Origin: Geosiphon pyriformis uo1
Taxonomy: Eukaryota; Fungi; Glomeromycota
Length of the DNA stretch: 64,000 nt
Direction: 5' to 3'
NCBI GenBank assembly: GCA_016748015.1
Contig: JAAOMT010000201.1
Location: forward strand, 380,224-444,223
Part shown: positions 1-13,444 of the stretch, piece by piece
How positions within the stretch are numbered: the stretch's first letter is position 1
Layout: each line of letters opens with the position of its first letter
Translations under genes and position numbers: made by a program
Notes under the pieces: model-generated
Databases searched by the model: none
Told to the model about the DNA's origin: nothing
What the model saw: only the letters and a program-made list of their open reading frames with translations

Positions 1-3000
1 AAACTGGCCATTAAGCTGAGAAAAAAATTCACAAAATAAGCTTAAAAAATACTGAAACAACTATTAAATCTCTGTTCATTATATAAAAAGCTCAACTAAA
101 ACCTTCAAATTACCAAAATCTTCAGATATTATCAATTACATCAAGCTATTAAGCATTAAATTATAAGTTTGTTATTTGTATCAATACCCCAAATAATTAC
201 TTATACAATTAAAATCAAAATTTACAAGTCTATATTATTAACTATAATTAATTTACTATTATAATATTAATTTTAAAATATATTTTTAAAAAATACAACA
301 TATATATAAATATTTAAAAATTATACATATATGTATTTTAAAATTAAAAAAATAACTTTAATATTTATAATAAATAGATGCAAAATTGTAAAATTATTAT
401 CAAAAAGAAATTAATTATTAATTAAATTAAAAAAATTATTTAAAAAACTTGAATAATAAATAAGCTAATTATATAACAAATATAATAATATTTTTTAAGT
501 ATATATTGTTATATTAAATATTTAAAAAGTTAAAATAGCAGTTTATTTAAATAATACAAATTATTTTATTTATTATATTTATAAAATTATTAATTGTGTT
601 TATTAAAAAAAAATTAAAAAAAATTTAAATAAAATTTAATAAATAATATAAATTAGCAAAAAAAACTTTGATTTAACATTAAAATTTACATGTAAAAACT
701 AAGTTTATTAATATTAAAATAATTAATTTATATATACATATATTTTAAAAACTTTATATTATAAACTATTTATAATTAAAATAAAAAAATTTATAATATT
801 AAATATTTAATTTGTTTATATTAAGTATAAAAAAGTTAAATTATTATTTTTTATTAAAATTAATTAAAAAATAAAAACTTAAAAAAACTTGAAATTTGTT
901 TTTTTGCTGTTTTGGCTTTTTTTAATTATTTAAACAAAAAATAATAACTTTATTATTAATTTATAATTGAAAATTTTAAACTTTTTTATAATAATAATAA
1001 TTACATTAAATTTGTTTTTGTTTTGTTGTTTTTTAAATTAAAGTATGCTATAATAAAAACAAACAAAATAAATAATTAATATAGCAAAAAAATTAATTAA
1101 TATTTTGAAAAAACTTTTAATAACATAGTTTTTGGTTTATATATAATTTATAAACTAGTTTTTTATTGAATTTTTAAATCTAATTATAAAACTTTTTATT
1201 TGAAATTATAACATATTTAATATAAAATTTATTTACATTAATATTTATTATAAAACTGAAAATTTTAAACTATTTTAAGAAAAAAAATTGTTTTTTGCAT
1301 AGTAATTATTTAGTTAAGTTTAAACTTGAGTAAAAAAATTTTATTATAGCTTTTTAAATAATTAATATTTTTGTTGTAATTAGCTTTATTATTATTATTA
1401 TATTTAATGATTAATTTATTATCATATTTAAAAAAACATTTTTTATTTTATACTAAATAAAAACTATTTAATTATTTTAAATCCGAAAAAAAAAAGATTT
1501 CTGTTTCTTTTTATTAAATTTATAAACATTTTTATCTTAAATTTTTTGCTTTTTTTTTAATTTAGCCAAAAAATTTTTAATTTTTTGTTTTTACTTTTTT
1601 TCTATTCTTTTTAATAAATTTTATAAGTAATTTTTTTTTATTTAAATATTTTACTTTTTGTTTTAAATATAATTATGAAAATAATAATTTTTTTTGTGTG
1701 CTTGAAATTAAACAACTTATAAAATTACTTTATATTTTACAAATATAATTTAATTAAATATTTCTGTATAATATAATCATTATTTTTTAAATATAGTTTA
1801 TATTATAACAATATATAATTAACTTTTTAAATAAATATTATTTATTTATTTTTTAAATCAAATAATTTAATATTTTTATTTTACAAATGTTTTTTTTTAT
1901 TTTTAATAATTATACATATTTATTTTTTTATTCTATTTTTTAAAATTTTATTTTATTCTATATAATACAACTTTTTATAATTAATTATAACAAAATTAAG
2001 ACTATTAAGACTTTAAAAAAGTAATATTATTATATTTATTTTTAAATTAAAATAAATATTTAAGCAAATTAATATTAATAAAAATTTTATTTATTTTTAA
2101 TAATATTTATTTTGTTGATAATATTTTAATTTATTATTTATATCTTGCTATTAAAATTTTGGTTTAATTTTATTAATATAATATATTTTTAAATGTTTAA
2201 AAAATGCTGTAAACTAATAATAAATATTTTGATAAATTTAATAATTTTTTTTTAAAGCATAAAATTTAATAATAAAGTGTTTTGGTCTTATAAATTCTTA
2301 AAAATCAATTTTTTTCAAATACTGACATTAATATTTAGTATTTTAAAATAATTAATATAATTAGTAATTATACAATTATAAAATTATAAAAAAATTATTT
2401 ATTAATTATTTTTAGTTAAAAAAAATATATTTTTGTAAATTATAATTTTATTACAAGTTTTAAAATTATTACCATGTAAAATAATAATTATAAATTATTA
2501 TTTTTTTAAAAAAAATTTTTTTTTTATATAAATTTTTATTGTATTATTTTATGTTTTTACTAAGATATTTTTTCATTTCATGTAAATAAATATAAATTTT
2601 AATTAACTATTTACTAATTTAAAAAACTTTGATTAATTTTAATTTGAACTAGTTAAATTTTAGCTTAAACTGTTTAAATTGTTTTTATATTTAAAATTTA
2701 ATATTTTGCATATTTTAATTATAGTATTTTATTACATTTGTAAATTAAAAATAATTATTTTATGTTAATTTAATATAAAAATTAAAACATAATACAAATA
2801 ATAAAACATGAAAACAAAATCTGTAAAATAATCTACATTATTATAATCAAGTTAATTTTTGGCTCAAAATTTAATCTGTAATATTAGTAATTTTGGCTAA
2901 ATACTTTGGTTTGTTATTTTTGTAATTTTTAGTTAATAATATCAATAATTTTGTTTTATTATTAACAATAATTATACCTAAATTTTAGTTAATAACACTA

Positions 3001-4020
3001 ATAATTAAATAAAAAATACATTTAATCTGATTCTTTAAAAAAATAAACTGTGTTTTAATATTTATATTAAAATTTACCAAAAATTTTAATTTTTATTTTA
3101 TGAAAACCAACTTATAATTATATATTTTATTGACAATATTATTAAAAAAAAAACTGGATAATAATAGAAAAACAGCAATTTTAACATATAATATTAAATT
3201 AATAAACTAATTTTCATAAATTTAAGCATATTATAAAACTTAAAAAAGATTTTAAAAATTTAAATAAAATAATTTACAATTAAAAACCAAATAAATTAAG
3301 TTTTAATACTTATAATAAAACTAATATTTAGAAGTTTCTTATTAAATATAATTTTTGTATAAAATATTTAGTTTAATAAATATAATTCTAAAAACTTTTT
3401 TAAACTTAAAGATAACAATAATATATTAATAATAATAATAGGTATTAAAACCCCAAAAAATAAAACAAGTTTAACTACCAATTTAAAAAACCAAATTATT
3501 AATTAATTTGGTTTTAAATATATTTTAAAGAACAATAATTTTTTTTTAATTAACAAAAAAAGATTTAATATTATTTTTTATTACTAAAATTAATTAATAA
3601 GCAAAAACAGCTTTAACAGTTTTAAAAAACTTAAAATATATAATAATATATTATTATAAACTAGTTTAATACTTAAAACTTTATTAAAAATACTTAAACT
3701 TTTATTAAAAATACTTAAAATTTTTTAATTTTGTTTAAATAAACACTTTAAAAAATATTTTGCAAAATTAAAACAATTAGAAAAAAATAAAAAACCAGCA
3801 AATTTACTTTAAATAGCAATATTTAAAAAAGTTTAAATATAAATTTTATACAAAATAACTTAATATTATTTTAATAACCAAATTTACATCAATAAAATTA
3901 TATAAAAATTAAAAAATATTTTTTAATATAAGCTAATTTATTAAAATAAAAACTATTTATTAATATTATTAAAATTAGTAAGATTATTAAAAAACAAAAA
4001 AAAGAAAATACTTAAGCTTT
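1..4020. repeat. Extremely AT-rich block, probably heavily decayed transposon DNA
   Basis: Very few G/C bases, CpG nearly absent, no ORF of 60 aa or more in the track; directly flanks a LINE. Family cannot be assigned by eye. Confidence 0.5.
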
Positions 4021-4022
4021 TA

Positions 4023-4053
<31 letters not shown>

Positions 4054-4171
4054 TTTTTATGAATGAGATCCAAACACGACCTAGCACTATACATCATACA
4101 AATGATTTAAACTAGGAGCAAATCATGCACTTTCTACACGTGACCAGCCACTCAAACCAGCCAGGACAATA

Positions 4172-7100
4172 CTACATACTTATATGTACAGAAACTGCGT
4201 TTCCAATACCCGAAAAGAACAAACAAAGCTTACAAAACCCAAAACTAACTCCAAAAGCTTCAGTCACACCCAACAACCTAATCACACCAACTGAAAACAC
4301 AGTAGGCAAATCAGAAATTGACACGAGAATAGACCTATTACTTGGAATCAAACCATGCCTTTCCATAAACGTCTGGTGTTTGGTACGGACCAACCAGATA
4401 TCATCCTGAAATATAAGACAAAACTCACATACAAAGCTCACAATCTTTTTAGTACCTTCTTTAGAATCTTTAAAAACTGAAACAGACTCATGAAATCAGT
4501 CATTAAAAACAAAGCCCTTATACAGAGCAACACCAATTTCAACCTCAGAAATACAAGAAGCCAACACCTGCAAGACACACGAAAAAGAGCGAGATAGACC
4601 AGAAAGAGCCTCCCAAGCTAAAGCATGAGTATTCAACAAACGAGCATGGCTAGCAGCATCCTGAGGACATGAAAAGACATGATCTGAAATCTCAACATCA
4701 CCACAGAACAGACAGACCACACTAGAGTATCTCCTATTATACAATTGTTTGTGCATAGCAACAGAAAGCCAATAATAGAGAGCCTTCATAAAGTAAGTAC
4801 GACAGCTTGCCATGCGCATGTTGGTGAAACCAAAGGCCAGGTGAAAATCAGTGTGCCACACCAAAGAAAACTTAAACCAATTGATATCAGCATGTAAACT
4901 ATCAGCCACAATGCGAGAACCAACTCCAACCTTCCAATGAGCTCGATTAACTGATTGGAAAACATTATGAACAAAGTGTCTAGAATTACCAGAAACTGCC
5001 ATACCACCAGCATACAGAAAACATTCACTGACTAAATGAGACAGACACCAAGCAGAGAGAGCAGCATCTTTGGCAAGTGCATCAGCATGCTCATTGCCTA
5101 AGACACCTGAATAACTTTTTACCTTAACCCAATTCACATCCAAATTTTTTTGACAAATAACAGTAGCAATATGGTGATGCTTGATCCAACAGCAGTTCCT
5201 GAAATCCAAATGAATCAATGAAGACTCCGATCCATATGCATCCAAAGTGGCTTGGCTATTTGAAAACAAGTCAATTAAACAAGAGGAAGAAACACACTCA
5301 AGAGCCAAAGCTATGGCTTGCAGCTCCGTCATAGTAGAAGAAACCAAACCAAACACTCCAACACCCAAACCCAAGTTAATGTCCTCAAAAAAAATGGCAG
5401 CACCCACTTTTATGTCAAAAGTGCTCAGACTAGACAGAGACCCATCCATATACACAGAAAAGTGGGCAGCATCAACGGTCAGTAGAGTGTCACAAACCAC
5501 ACCAAAATCATGAGAAAGATGAATATTTGACACAACATAATTATCTACCAAAGAAGAACTTGAAGAGAGGGGAACAATACCACCAAGAAAGTGGACGGAG
5601 AGATCAAACCAGAAAGGGATTGGGCCATAAGGGTCCAGTTTCTTCCAATGCTTGAAGGTCTCCCAACTGAAAACATCACCATCACGGCCACAAAACTGCT
5701 CCACAAAAGCAATTCCATAACACCTGAGTGAAGAGACACACTTGAAAAAACAGGGTTCACCAAGAACCAAAGACATAGAAGTACTGCACCGATGGCAAAA
5801 AGCACAAGCCAGAGAGCCACCTAAAGACAAATCACACCTGAAAAAAATACGTACCACACCAGCCAAAAAATTATTTGAGAGATTGACACCAATACAAGAC
5901 AGAAACAGCAAAAGATGATGTGGGTGCTAGCTGAGAATCTGAAGATTATGAGACCTATGAGAAAAAAGGCAACCCAAAATACCAGCTGAATTTGCAAAAA
6001 TAACAGCAAATGCCAATTTACTCTCAGCTTGAATCTGCTCAAAAGTCTTCAAACCGTATAATGAGGGGTGGTACAGTGTATTATTGGGGAAATCATGAGA
6101 CAACCCAGACTTAGATTTCAAGATCTTGCATACTAGAGCATCCTATTTATTACAAACACCCACAGAAATGAAACTGAACTGAGTCCTATAGCTGATGATA
6201 GAAAAAAAAACCGCAGACACCAAATACACATATTGTTTATCAGAAACTGTCTTTCTTAAAACCAGATTCACAAAAAACCGCACATCCATCTGGGCTTTAG
6301 CTAAGCTGGGCTTTGAAAAACCCTTGGAAGATAAAAAAATGCCTAGATAACAATGAGATTTTCTTTTCTTGGCAATAGAGATAGGCACACCACTGATAGT
6401 TAAATGAGGGTCCAACACCCGGCAATTAATAGGGATGGCCACTATTTTGTCATTATTTACAGAAATATTGTTAAACCTAAAAAACTTACTAGCAACATCA
6501 AGGATGCATTGTGTAGCAGTCTGGCTGCTACCAACCCAAATAGTATCATCGACAAAAGCGCTGGCAGCAAGAAACAAAGACAGCCCAGCTTGAGGATCTG
6601 TTCAGCCAGTTTTAGATATAAAATGAGAATTCAACCTATAGCTATAAACACTATCCTGTCTTTTGACTTCACACAAGAGTGAATTGTAGAATATACACTA
6701 AAGAAGAGAAGAGAAAACTTCTCCTTGGTCCAGCCCATTATGAACACAATACCCATCAGTCAAGCCGAAGTCAGTCATCACTTTGTTAACGCGACCATTG
6801 TAAATACTACCAAAAAATCTAATAAACTTCTCACACATCTTAATTCTGACCAAACTCCTCCTGAGATGTTTCCAACCAACTGAGTCGTAAGCCTTACACA
6901 TGTCTTGTAAAACCAGCCAGAATTCTCGGTTTTTCTCCAGAGCATCTTCAATTACTGAACCAACAGCAAAAATAGAGGACTGCATTGTTGTACCCTTTAA
7001 AACTGAAAAATTGTCTTCATGAAGAACATTAAAAGTGCTGCAAACTGAAGAAATCCTATCCAAGAGAATCTTGGAAAGAATCTTGCAGGCTGTTTCAATT

Positions 7101-8860
7101 AGAGCAATAAGACAAGTGTTCATGAGAACTCCCTCCCATTTATACAGTTTAGGAATTATAGAAATCCAAGCTTCTTTTCAAAGTCCAGGAATTGACTTAC
7201 TAACTAAACACAGGTTCAAGAGCACCAGAAGCATATCCAAAACTGATTTGTTACAACACTTCCACAATTTGTTAGAGATACCAGAGAGACCAGTCACCTT
7301 TCCATTAAGAAGATCCTTGATGACTACCAACATTTCATCAAAACTGATCGGACACATGACACCAGAAAAAGCATCATCAAAAACATGCTTCAGAGGCCGA
7401 TATTGGTGAACCCAATCTTCAGAGATGTCAGAAACCACTCTATGCTTCCTGGTCCACCCCTCCATGATTTTATTCACCTTCAATTTGACAAAGTCAGGCT
7501 CCAAAACCAACTCATCTTCTACAACCAAATGATTTAAGACTACTTTGCGAAAGGGACGCTTCAAAACACTCCTAATAGTATAAACTTTGTCCAGTTCAAA
7601 ACTCTCCATCCTTTTACTAATAGTCTGCTTGATCGAAAATTCCTCAGCACATTTGGATTCCAACAACTTAGAGGCATGGTACAACTTTCTTATTTTGGCC
7701 AGTGCAGAACGAATAAGATCGAAACCAGAACCTGAAAGAAACAGAGATCTTACTACTGACACACCAGAGGAATCAAGCTTATTCCATGTCTTCAACAATG
7801 AAGCAAAATCCCCACCAGAAACCAAGTGAGAATTTCTAACCAGCTTAGACACCAGCAGTTCCAGTTTATGAAATCTAGAAGAAATCTTATTAAAAACACT
7901 ATTGAAACTCTTAAACCATTTTTTTTTGAAAGTTCTATCTGCTGAAAGAATTATAATTTTCTGAACAATGTTCCACATCTCATCCATATCTGAAAATTTC
8001 CTAGCCGTAACAAAAGCATCCGAAAACATAGAAGTATTATTAGTCATAGTATTCTTGAACCCTAACCATTTCATCTTACTAGTACATTTGATGTCAAATT
8101 TCCAACAATCTCTGTTGGTCTGTTTGTGCAATGAAAAAAGCTACACATTCAATAAACTATCTACACTCACAGACACAGAAACAGCCTTATGATCAGTATC
8201 AAAAAAGTCATCAACACCAGCCACACTGCGATTTACAACTGCGTTAATCAAATTAGAGAAGACAAAAATGTAGTCAATTGTCTTGGTGACACCATGAGAA
8301 TTGCACCAAGTCAGAGATTTCACAAACGAACTTCCACCCAAAGAATTGACCAAACTCAAATCAAAACACTTATTGAAACTGGCACATTTGTGAGAACTGT
8401 TCTCATTGAAATCACTACCAAGAATGACAAAAGAAGATTCATTCATTGTTTTAGCAATAAAAGAGTTGATATTACCAGCCTAAGAGAAATGAACCACCAA
8501 AAAAGCACCAGCATACAGCCCCAGAATCAACACAGAAAGTTTGTTCTTAAAAAGCAGCCTTACTGACAAGAGCTGACCAGGCACTTCCAAAACCTTGCAC
8601 ACATGTCTCGCCAACAAAAAGTTCAAAATAATAGCAACACCAGATCCTATGTGACCAGAATCCAGACCAGAAGTAAAAACACAAACGCCATCAAACCTAT
8701 CAGCAATCCAAGGGTGAATCTTCCCCTTCAACTTTGTTTCAGTGACAATGGAAACCAGATTGTTCATATCCTTATGCCAATGAACAATATCTGCCTGCTT
8801 TGCACAATTGTTCATATCTCTGACATTGCATATGGCAATCTTCCAAACTAAATAAGTCAT
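4172..8860 (-). pseudogene. LINE ORF2 (AP endonuclease, reverse transcriptase, RNase H), broken by stops
   Basis: APE: IAICNVRD, VTETKL, LGSDFNE, TIDYIFV, TDHKAV. RT: IALIETACKILSKIL, LQDMCKAYDSV, GLDQGEVFSSLL, AFVDDT. RNase H: VYMDGS, TELQAI, SNSQA, VKSYSGVLGNEHADALAK. C-terminal CLFCGDVEISDHVFSC. Confidence 0.93.
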
Positions 8861-10808
8861 TGGGACAATGTGGGAGCTGACAAATCCGAACCAGAACACA
8901 AAAGATTCAACTTATCCAAAACCAAACCAACTAAAGCTTCCAAAGTAACCAATTTTGTCTCCAAACTGCCCACCTTGGCAGTAAGAATCTTGGAATCACT
9001 AGCACTGAAGTTGACAACAGCATCATTAGTGACAGGAGGAGTAATATTCAAAAAACTCAAAGCATTGTCTATAATCATATCCGAATTCACCTTAGAACTT
9101 AAAACTGCAAAAGCAATAGGAGAAGAAACCAGAAAAAAAGGAACCAAAAGAACCACACCAAAGGAATCCAACCTAACCAGAATGCCAGAAACACGGTCAG
9201 CCAAAAGCTCCAAAGAGCATTCCAAAATTGCCAAACAATCACTCAAATAGGAAACAACAAAAAAATCAGAGACTGCTGAAGGAGGAACCAAACCAGAACA
9301 CAAACCAGAATCAGAAGAACCAAAAAAAGGCACATGAAAAGAGATGCCACCAGCAACTTGGGCCCATGTTTTGCCACCAAACAAAACTGGATGGGTAATA
9401 GAAGCTGACTTTTTCTTATATATACCAGCCAAATGAACCCAATCCTGATCAGAAACCACCCTCTTCCCATGAACACCAGAACTTCTATTCACAGGACAGT
9501 TGGTAGTGGTATGACCAAACTGTTCACACTTGATACAGCTAGCCAAAACAAAACTAGTCCAATGCAACCTAACACTCTTGAAAATTGAAATGGTACTAAC
9601 AGCAGCCAATCTGGCATCTTCATTCTTAAAACAAATGATTACACACCAATCACAGACATATGAATCAGGATTACGGCCAATGAAACAAGTTTTCTCATCA
9701 TATGATACCAACAACTCTGACAGATCATGGGCTGAAGTACCAACTGGAAAAGTATAGAGCAAAGCCCGATGACAATCTCTCGACATCCACGTTTGTTTAT
9801 CATTGACAGCCAGCACCACACAAACTGAATCCTTTCCTACAAGAACAGACCACTTAGAAGTGACCAAACTGGCAACTTCTAAAGACTCAAATTCAATCAA
9901 GGCCTTTTGCCAAAGACCAATCAAATGCATCCTGATGGAAACAATCTTGCCAAATTTAGAAAAAACTAATTCTACAGCCAATTTTGGAAGATCAACTGAA
10001 ATCTTCTTAACGACCACTTCCCAATTCGAATGAATGTTTGCTTTTTTGAGATCACTATTGACAACAATTTTCTCATGAACTGCTATTTCTCTGGCCTTAA
10101 TCAAACTAGACTTACTTGTGAAAGTCAAACAAATAACACCAGAAAATTTTGAGGAAGTTGAAGCTCCCCCAAAACCATCGATTTTGTAAAAAAATTTTTG
10201 ATTAAAATGAGCTTATCACTATTATTATTTCCAAGCACAGTAGACAATTTCACATCCAAAGCAAACAATTTTACTGGCTCAAAGCTTCACTTTTCTATAA
10301 TACGTGACTTGACAAACAGCATCGGATTGGAGCCATTAATCATTTTTGGAAATAGAAGACTTAGCGCATTCTCATTATTACTTATGGAGTCAAATGTTGG
10401 AGCTTTTGGAGATTTGCCTAGCACATAAATACGGGTCCGGGTTTTTCTCGGCATAGTCTTGTTCATTTCGTTGTCTTCACTAGATTCTGTATAGCTTGTT
10501 TTTTCGGCAATAGTGTTCACTATATTCTCTACATTTGACATCCCACTCATGCTTGACTTATTGTTTTTAACTTCACTTCCCCAAGATACCTTATGTTCTT
10601 CATCATCCAAATGTAACAAAGCAGCAGGCAGAGGGCCAGCAGACAAATCCACAACTTCATCAGTGACTTCAGGTTTCTTAGGTTTTTTATACGACGGATC
10701 ATGAGAGTAGATACTTTTAACTCACGCCTTTTTTTTGGTGCCAGACCAGGTCCCCAACCCAGTTGATCCAGGACCAGAACCACCAGCAGACAAACTCGCT
10801 GGTTCTAT
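8857..10808 (-). pseudogene. LINE ORF1 (gag-like; RRM-like region and CCHC zinc knuckle), disrupted
   Basis: Knuckle CIKCEQFGHTTTNC (CX2CX4HX4C); RRM-like LVFSKFGKIVSIRM; coiled-coil-like C-terminus. Presumed start reads ATA at 10808; several in-frame stops. Confidence 0.85.
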
Positions 10809-11214
10809 GGCAACAAAGAGGGGCATGTTAAGAGAAATAACTAAAGTAAAAAAAGGGAAAAGGGAAAAGGAAAAGCTATTCTATCAGTAAAAACTATGCT
10901 TTCATCGTGGGCAGGAGATTAACAAGAAAAAAAGTTTTAAAACTTAAATTTATATTATTATTTTAATTTTTAAAATTAAATAACTTGATAAATTAATTAA
11001 TAAAAATTATATGTTAAAATACAATTTATTTTGCTTTTAAAACTTGTAAAAATTAATAAAAATTTAATATATTATATAGTTTAATTGTATATTAATTAAA
11101 ATTAAATTTAATAAACATATTATTATTGTTATTATTTAAATAAGAAAAAAATTATTATTTATAACCAAATTTAAATTAAATATTATAATTAATACAATTG
11201 TAAATAAATTAATA

Positions 11215-13444
11215 CAATCAGATTTTCATAAAAAAACTCTCTATAAAAGAACAATTTTTTATAAAAAACATTTTTTTATAGAATCAATTGATTAATTAAC
11301 AATTTTTCTTCTATATAAAAATAATCTATAAAAGAACAAAAACAGTAATTTTATTAAACATTTACTCAAAATTTACCATATAAAAACAAATATTACGTGT
11401 TAAATATTAATTAATAATTGAAAAAAAAGTTAGAATATATTAGATTAATTTTATCATAATTTTTTTTAAATCAATTTATATTGGACTTACTTTTTTTGAT
11501 CTTGTTTGTTTTTATGTACAGTTATTTAGCACTTATTGTATTCCAATTTAGACTTGCTAAAACCAAATCTAATATTATTGTAATAAGCACATTTTTTAAC
11601 AAATTTGCTAAACCATTACAATATTAAAATTTTTATTCAAAAAACAAAAATAAGTAACAGTTAATAATGCTCTTGATAAAAAAATTTGTCAATATTTCAA
11701 AAATTACTATGATATAAAACATAATAATATTATAGCTTACTTTAATCATAAATATCCAAAACTTTATATTTCTTGTCCAACTGTCTTTAAAATAATTAAA
11801 GAGAATATAAAGTAGTTAAATATTGAAATTAATAAAATCTTAAAAAAATTTATTCAACACAAAAACATTAAATTTCTATTATTAAACTAAACTTTAAGTT
11901 ATTGGGTAGAACAAATAACTATAACCACTATTAAATTTAATAATCAACTAATAAAAGAGAAAAAAAATTTGCCAAACGTCTTAGTATACACAAAAATAAA
12001 ATGCAATTTTCAAATAGATGGGTTCAAAAATTCAAAAAATAAAACCAGTTGTGTTTACCAATTTTATGATGAAACAAAAAGTGTATTAATTGAAAGTTTA
12101 CCAAAAGAATAAAAAAAATTAAAAACTATTATATCTGAATTTAATTTTGCTAACATATATAATATTGATAAAACAGAATTATTTTTTTATATAAAACCAA
12201 ATTAAACACTTGCAAAATATTAAAATACCAAAAAAAAATTAATATATTATGTTTACCAATTGTTATCATTATATATTATTGTTATATTAAATTAATTAGG
12301 TTTTTTATAGAATAAATCTCGAATTACAATTTTTTTTGCTACAAATTTAACTAAATCTCACAAATTACAACTTTTAATAATTGAACATACAAAAAATTCA
12401 AGATGCTTTTAAAAAATTAATACTTTCAACCTATCTGTAATTCACAAATTTAATTTCAAAGCATGGCTTAAATATATAAATAAAAACTTTTGAATTCAAA
12501 ATCAGCATATATACTTTTGATTAATAATATAACTTCTCATTATACTCAAATTGGAGAAAATTTATTCTAATTAACCAATATTACTTTGCATTATTTTTCT
12601 TCAAATATTACATCATATTTTTAATCAATGAATGCTGGTATTATCAAATCTTTCAAAGGCAAATATAAGCACTTATATTGTCAACATATTTTACATTAAT
12701 TTAAAAAAAATATATTATTGAACAGTTAAATAATATAACATATACAGTATTATTATTGTTATATATCATATATTTTTTATCTAATATTAATTTATTTTTT
12801 AGAAATAAATTAAACATAAAACAAGTAATTGATTATGTTGTTCAATCATGGTTTCAAGTAACATCTGTTACAATTTAAAACTGTTGGCAAAAAATGGATA
12901 TTTATTTTTATAATCAAGAATTAAAAATTTAAGAATCCGAAACATTAATTGCTATGGATATATTTAACAATTTATTATCAAATAGACAACAATTGGTCAA
13001 AAATTTCGAAGATTATACTGTAACAGTTGATGAATTATTGGCAATTGAAAATATTCTTAATAATAATAAAATTGTAGATATGGTTTTAGCCGATGTTCAA
13101 ATTGAAACCAATACAATTAATGACTTAGAAAAAGAATTAAAAGAATCTCTACCTGCTATAATTACAATTACAAAAGCATATAAAGCATTAAAAAAAGTAA
13201 TTAAATTTAAAAAGCAATTAAAAGAAGAAAATTTTATTATAAAAAACCAAAAAAAAATTATATATAAATATAAAAAAATGAAGAAAAATTCCAAAAAACA
13301 GGTAACAATTATTCAATTTTTTTATAATAATAATAATTGATTGATTTAATAAATAAATATAGTTTATTTGATAATAATTATAAAACTCTATAATAGAACA
13401 TAATTTGCATGCTTTAACTGTGTTTTTTTATAGAAATCTGATTG
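11215..13444 (+). mobile_element. Decayed pogo/Tigger-like DNA transposon (CENP-B-type HTH + DDE_1)
   Basis: 23-bp TIRs: CAATCAGATTTTCATAAAAAAAC at 11215 and GTTTTTTTATAGAAATCTGATTG ending 13444 (2 mismatches), with TA on both sides. Relic motifs MQFSNRWVQKFKK, NIYNIDKTELFF (NxDETGLF), KSRITIFFATN..KLQLLII, SMNAGIIKSFKGKYK (QPMDxGII). ORF 12954-13340 is its C-terminal tail. Confidence 0.88.

Larger units (their letters stand above)
4022..10920 (-). mobile_element. Full-length but inactivated non-LTR retrotransposon (LINE) with ORF1 and ORF2 (APE-RT-RNase H-CCHC)
   Basis: Domain order on the - strand is ORF1, APE, RT, RNase H, Cys/His motif. A short 3' UTR ends in a (TAA)n tail, seen as (TTA)n at about 4022-4052 on +. 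GC content jumps sharply against both flanks. 5' boundary approximate; no clear TSD. Confidence 0.93.

Noticed and set aside
4125-10704. Plus-strand ORFs across the LINE
   Set aside because: Antisense shadows of ORF1/ORF2 with no independent motifs.
10870-10950. HDV-like ribozyme at the LINE 5' end
   Set aside because: A TCCTGC loop-like motif is present but I could not assemble the nested double pseudoknot; needs a covariance-model search on the family consensus.
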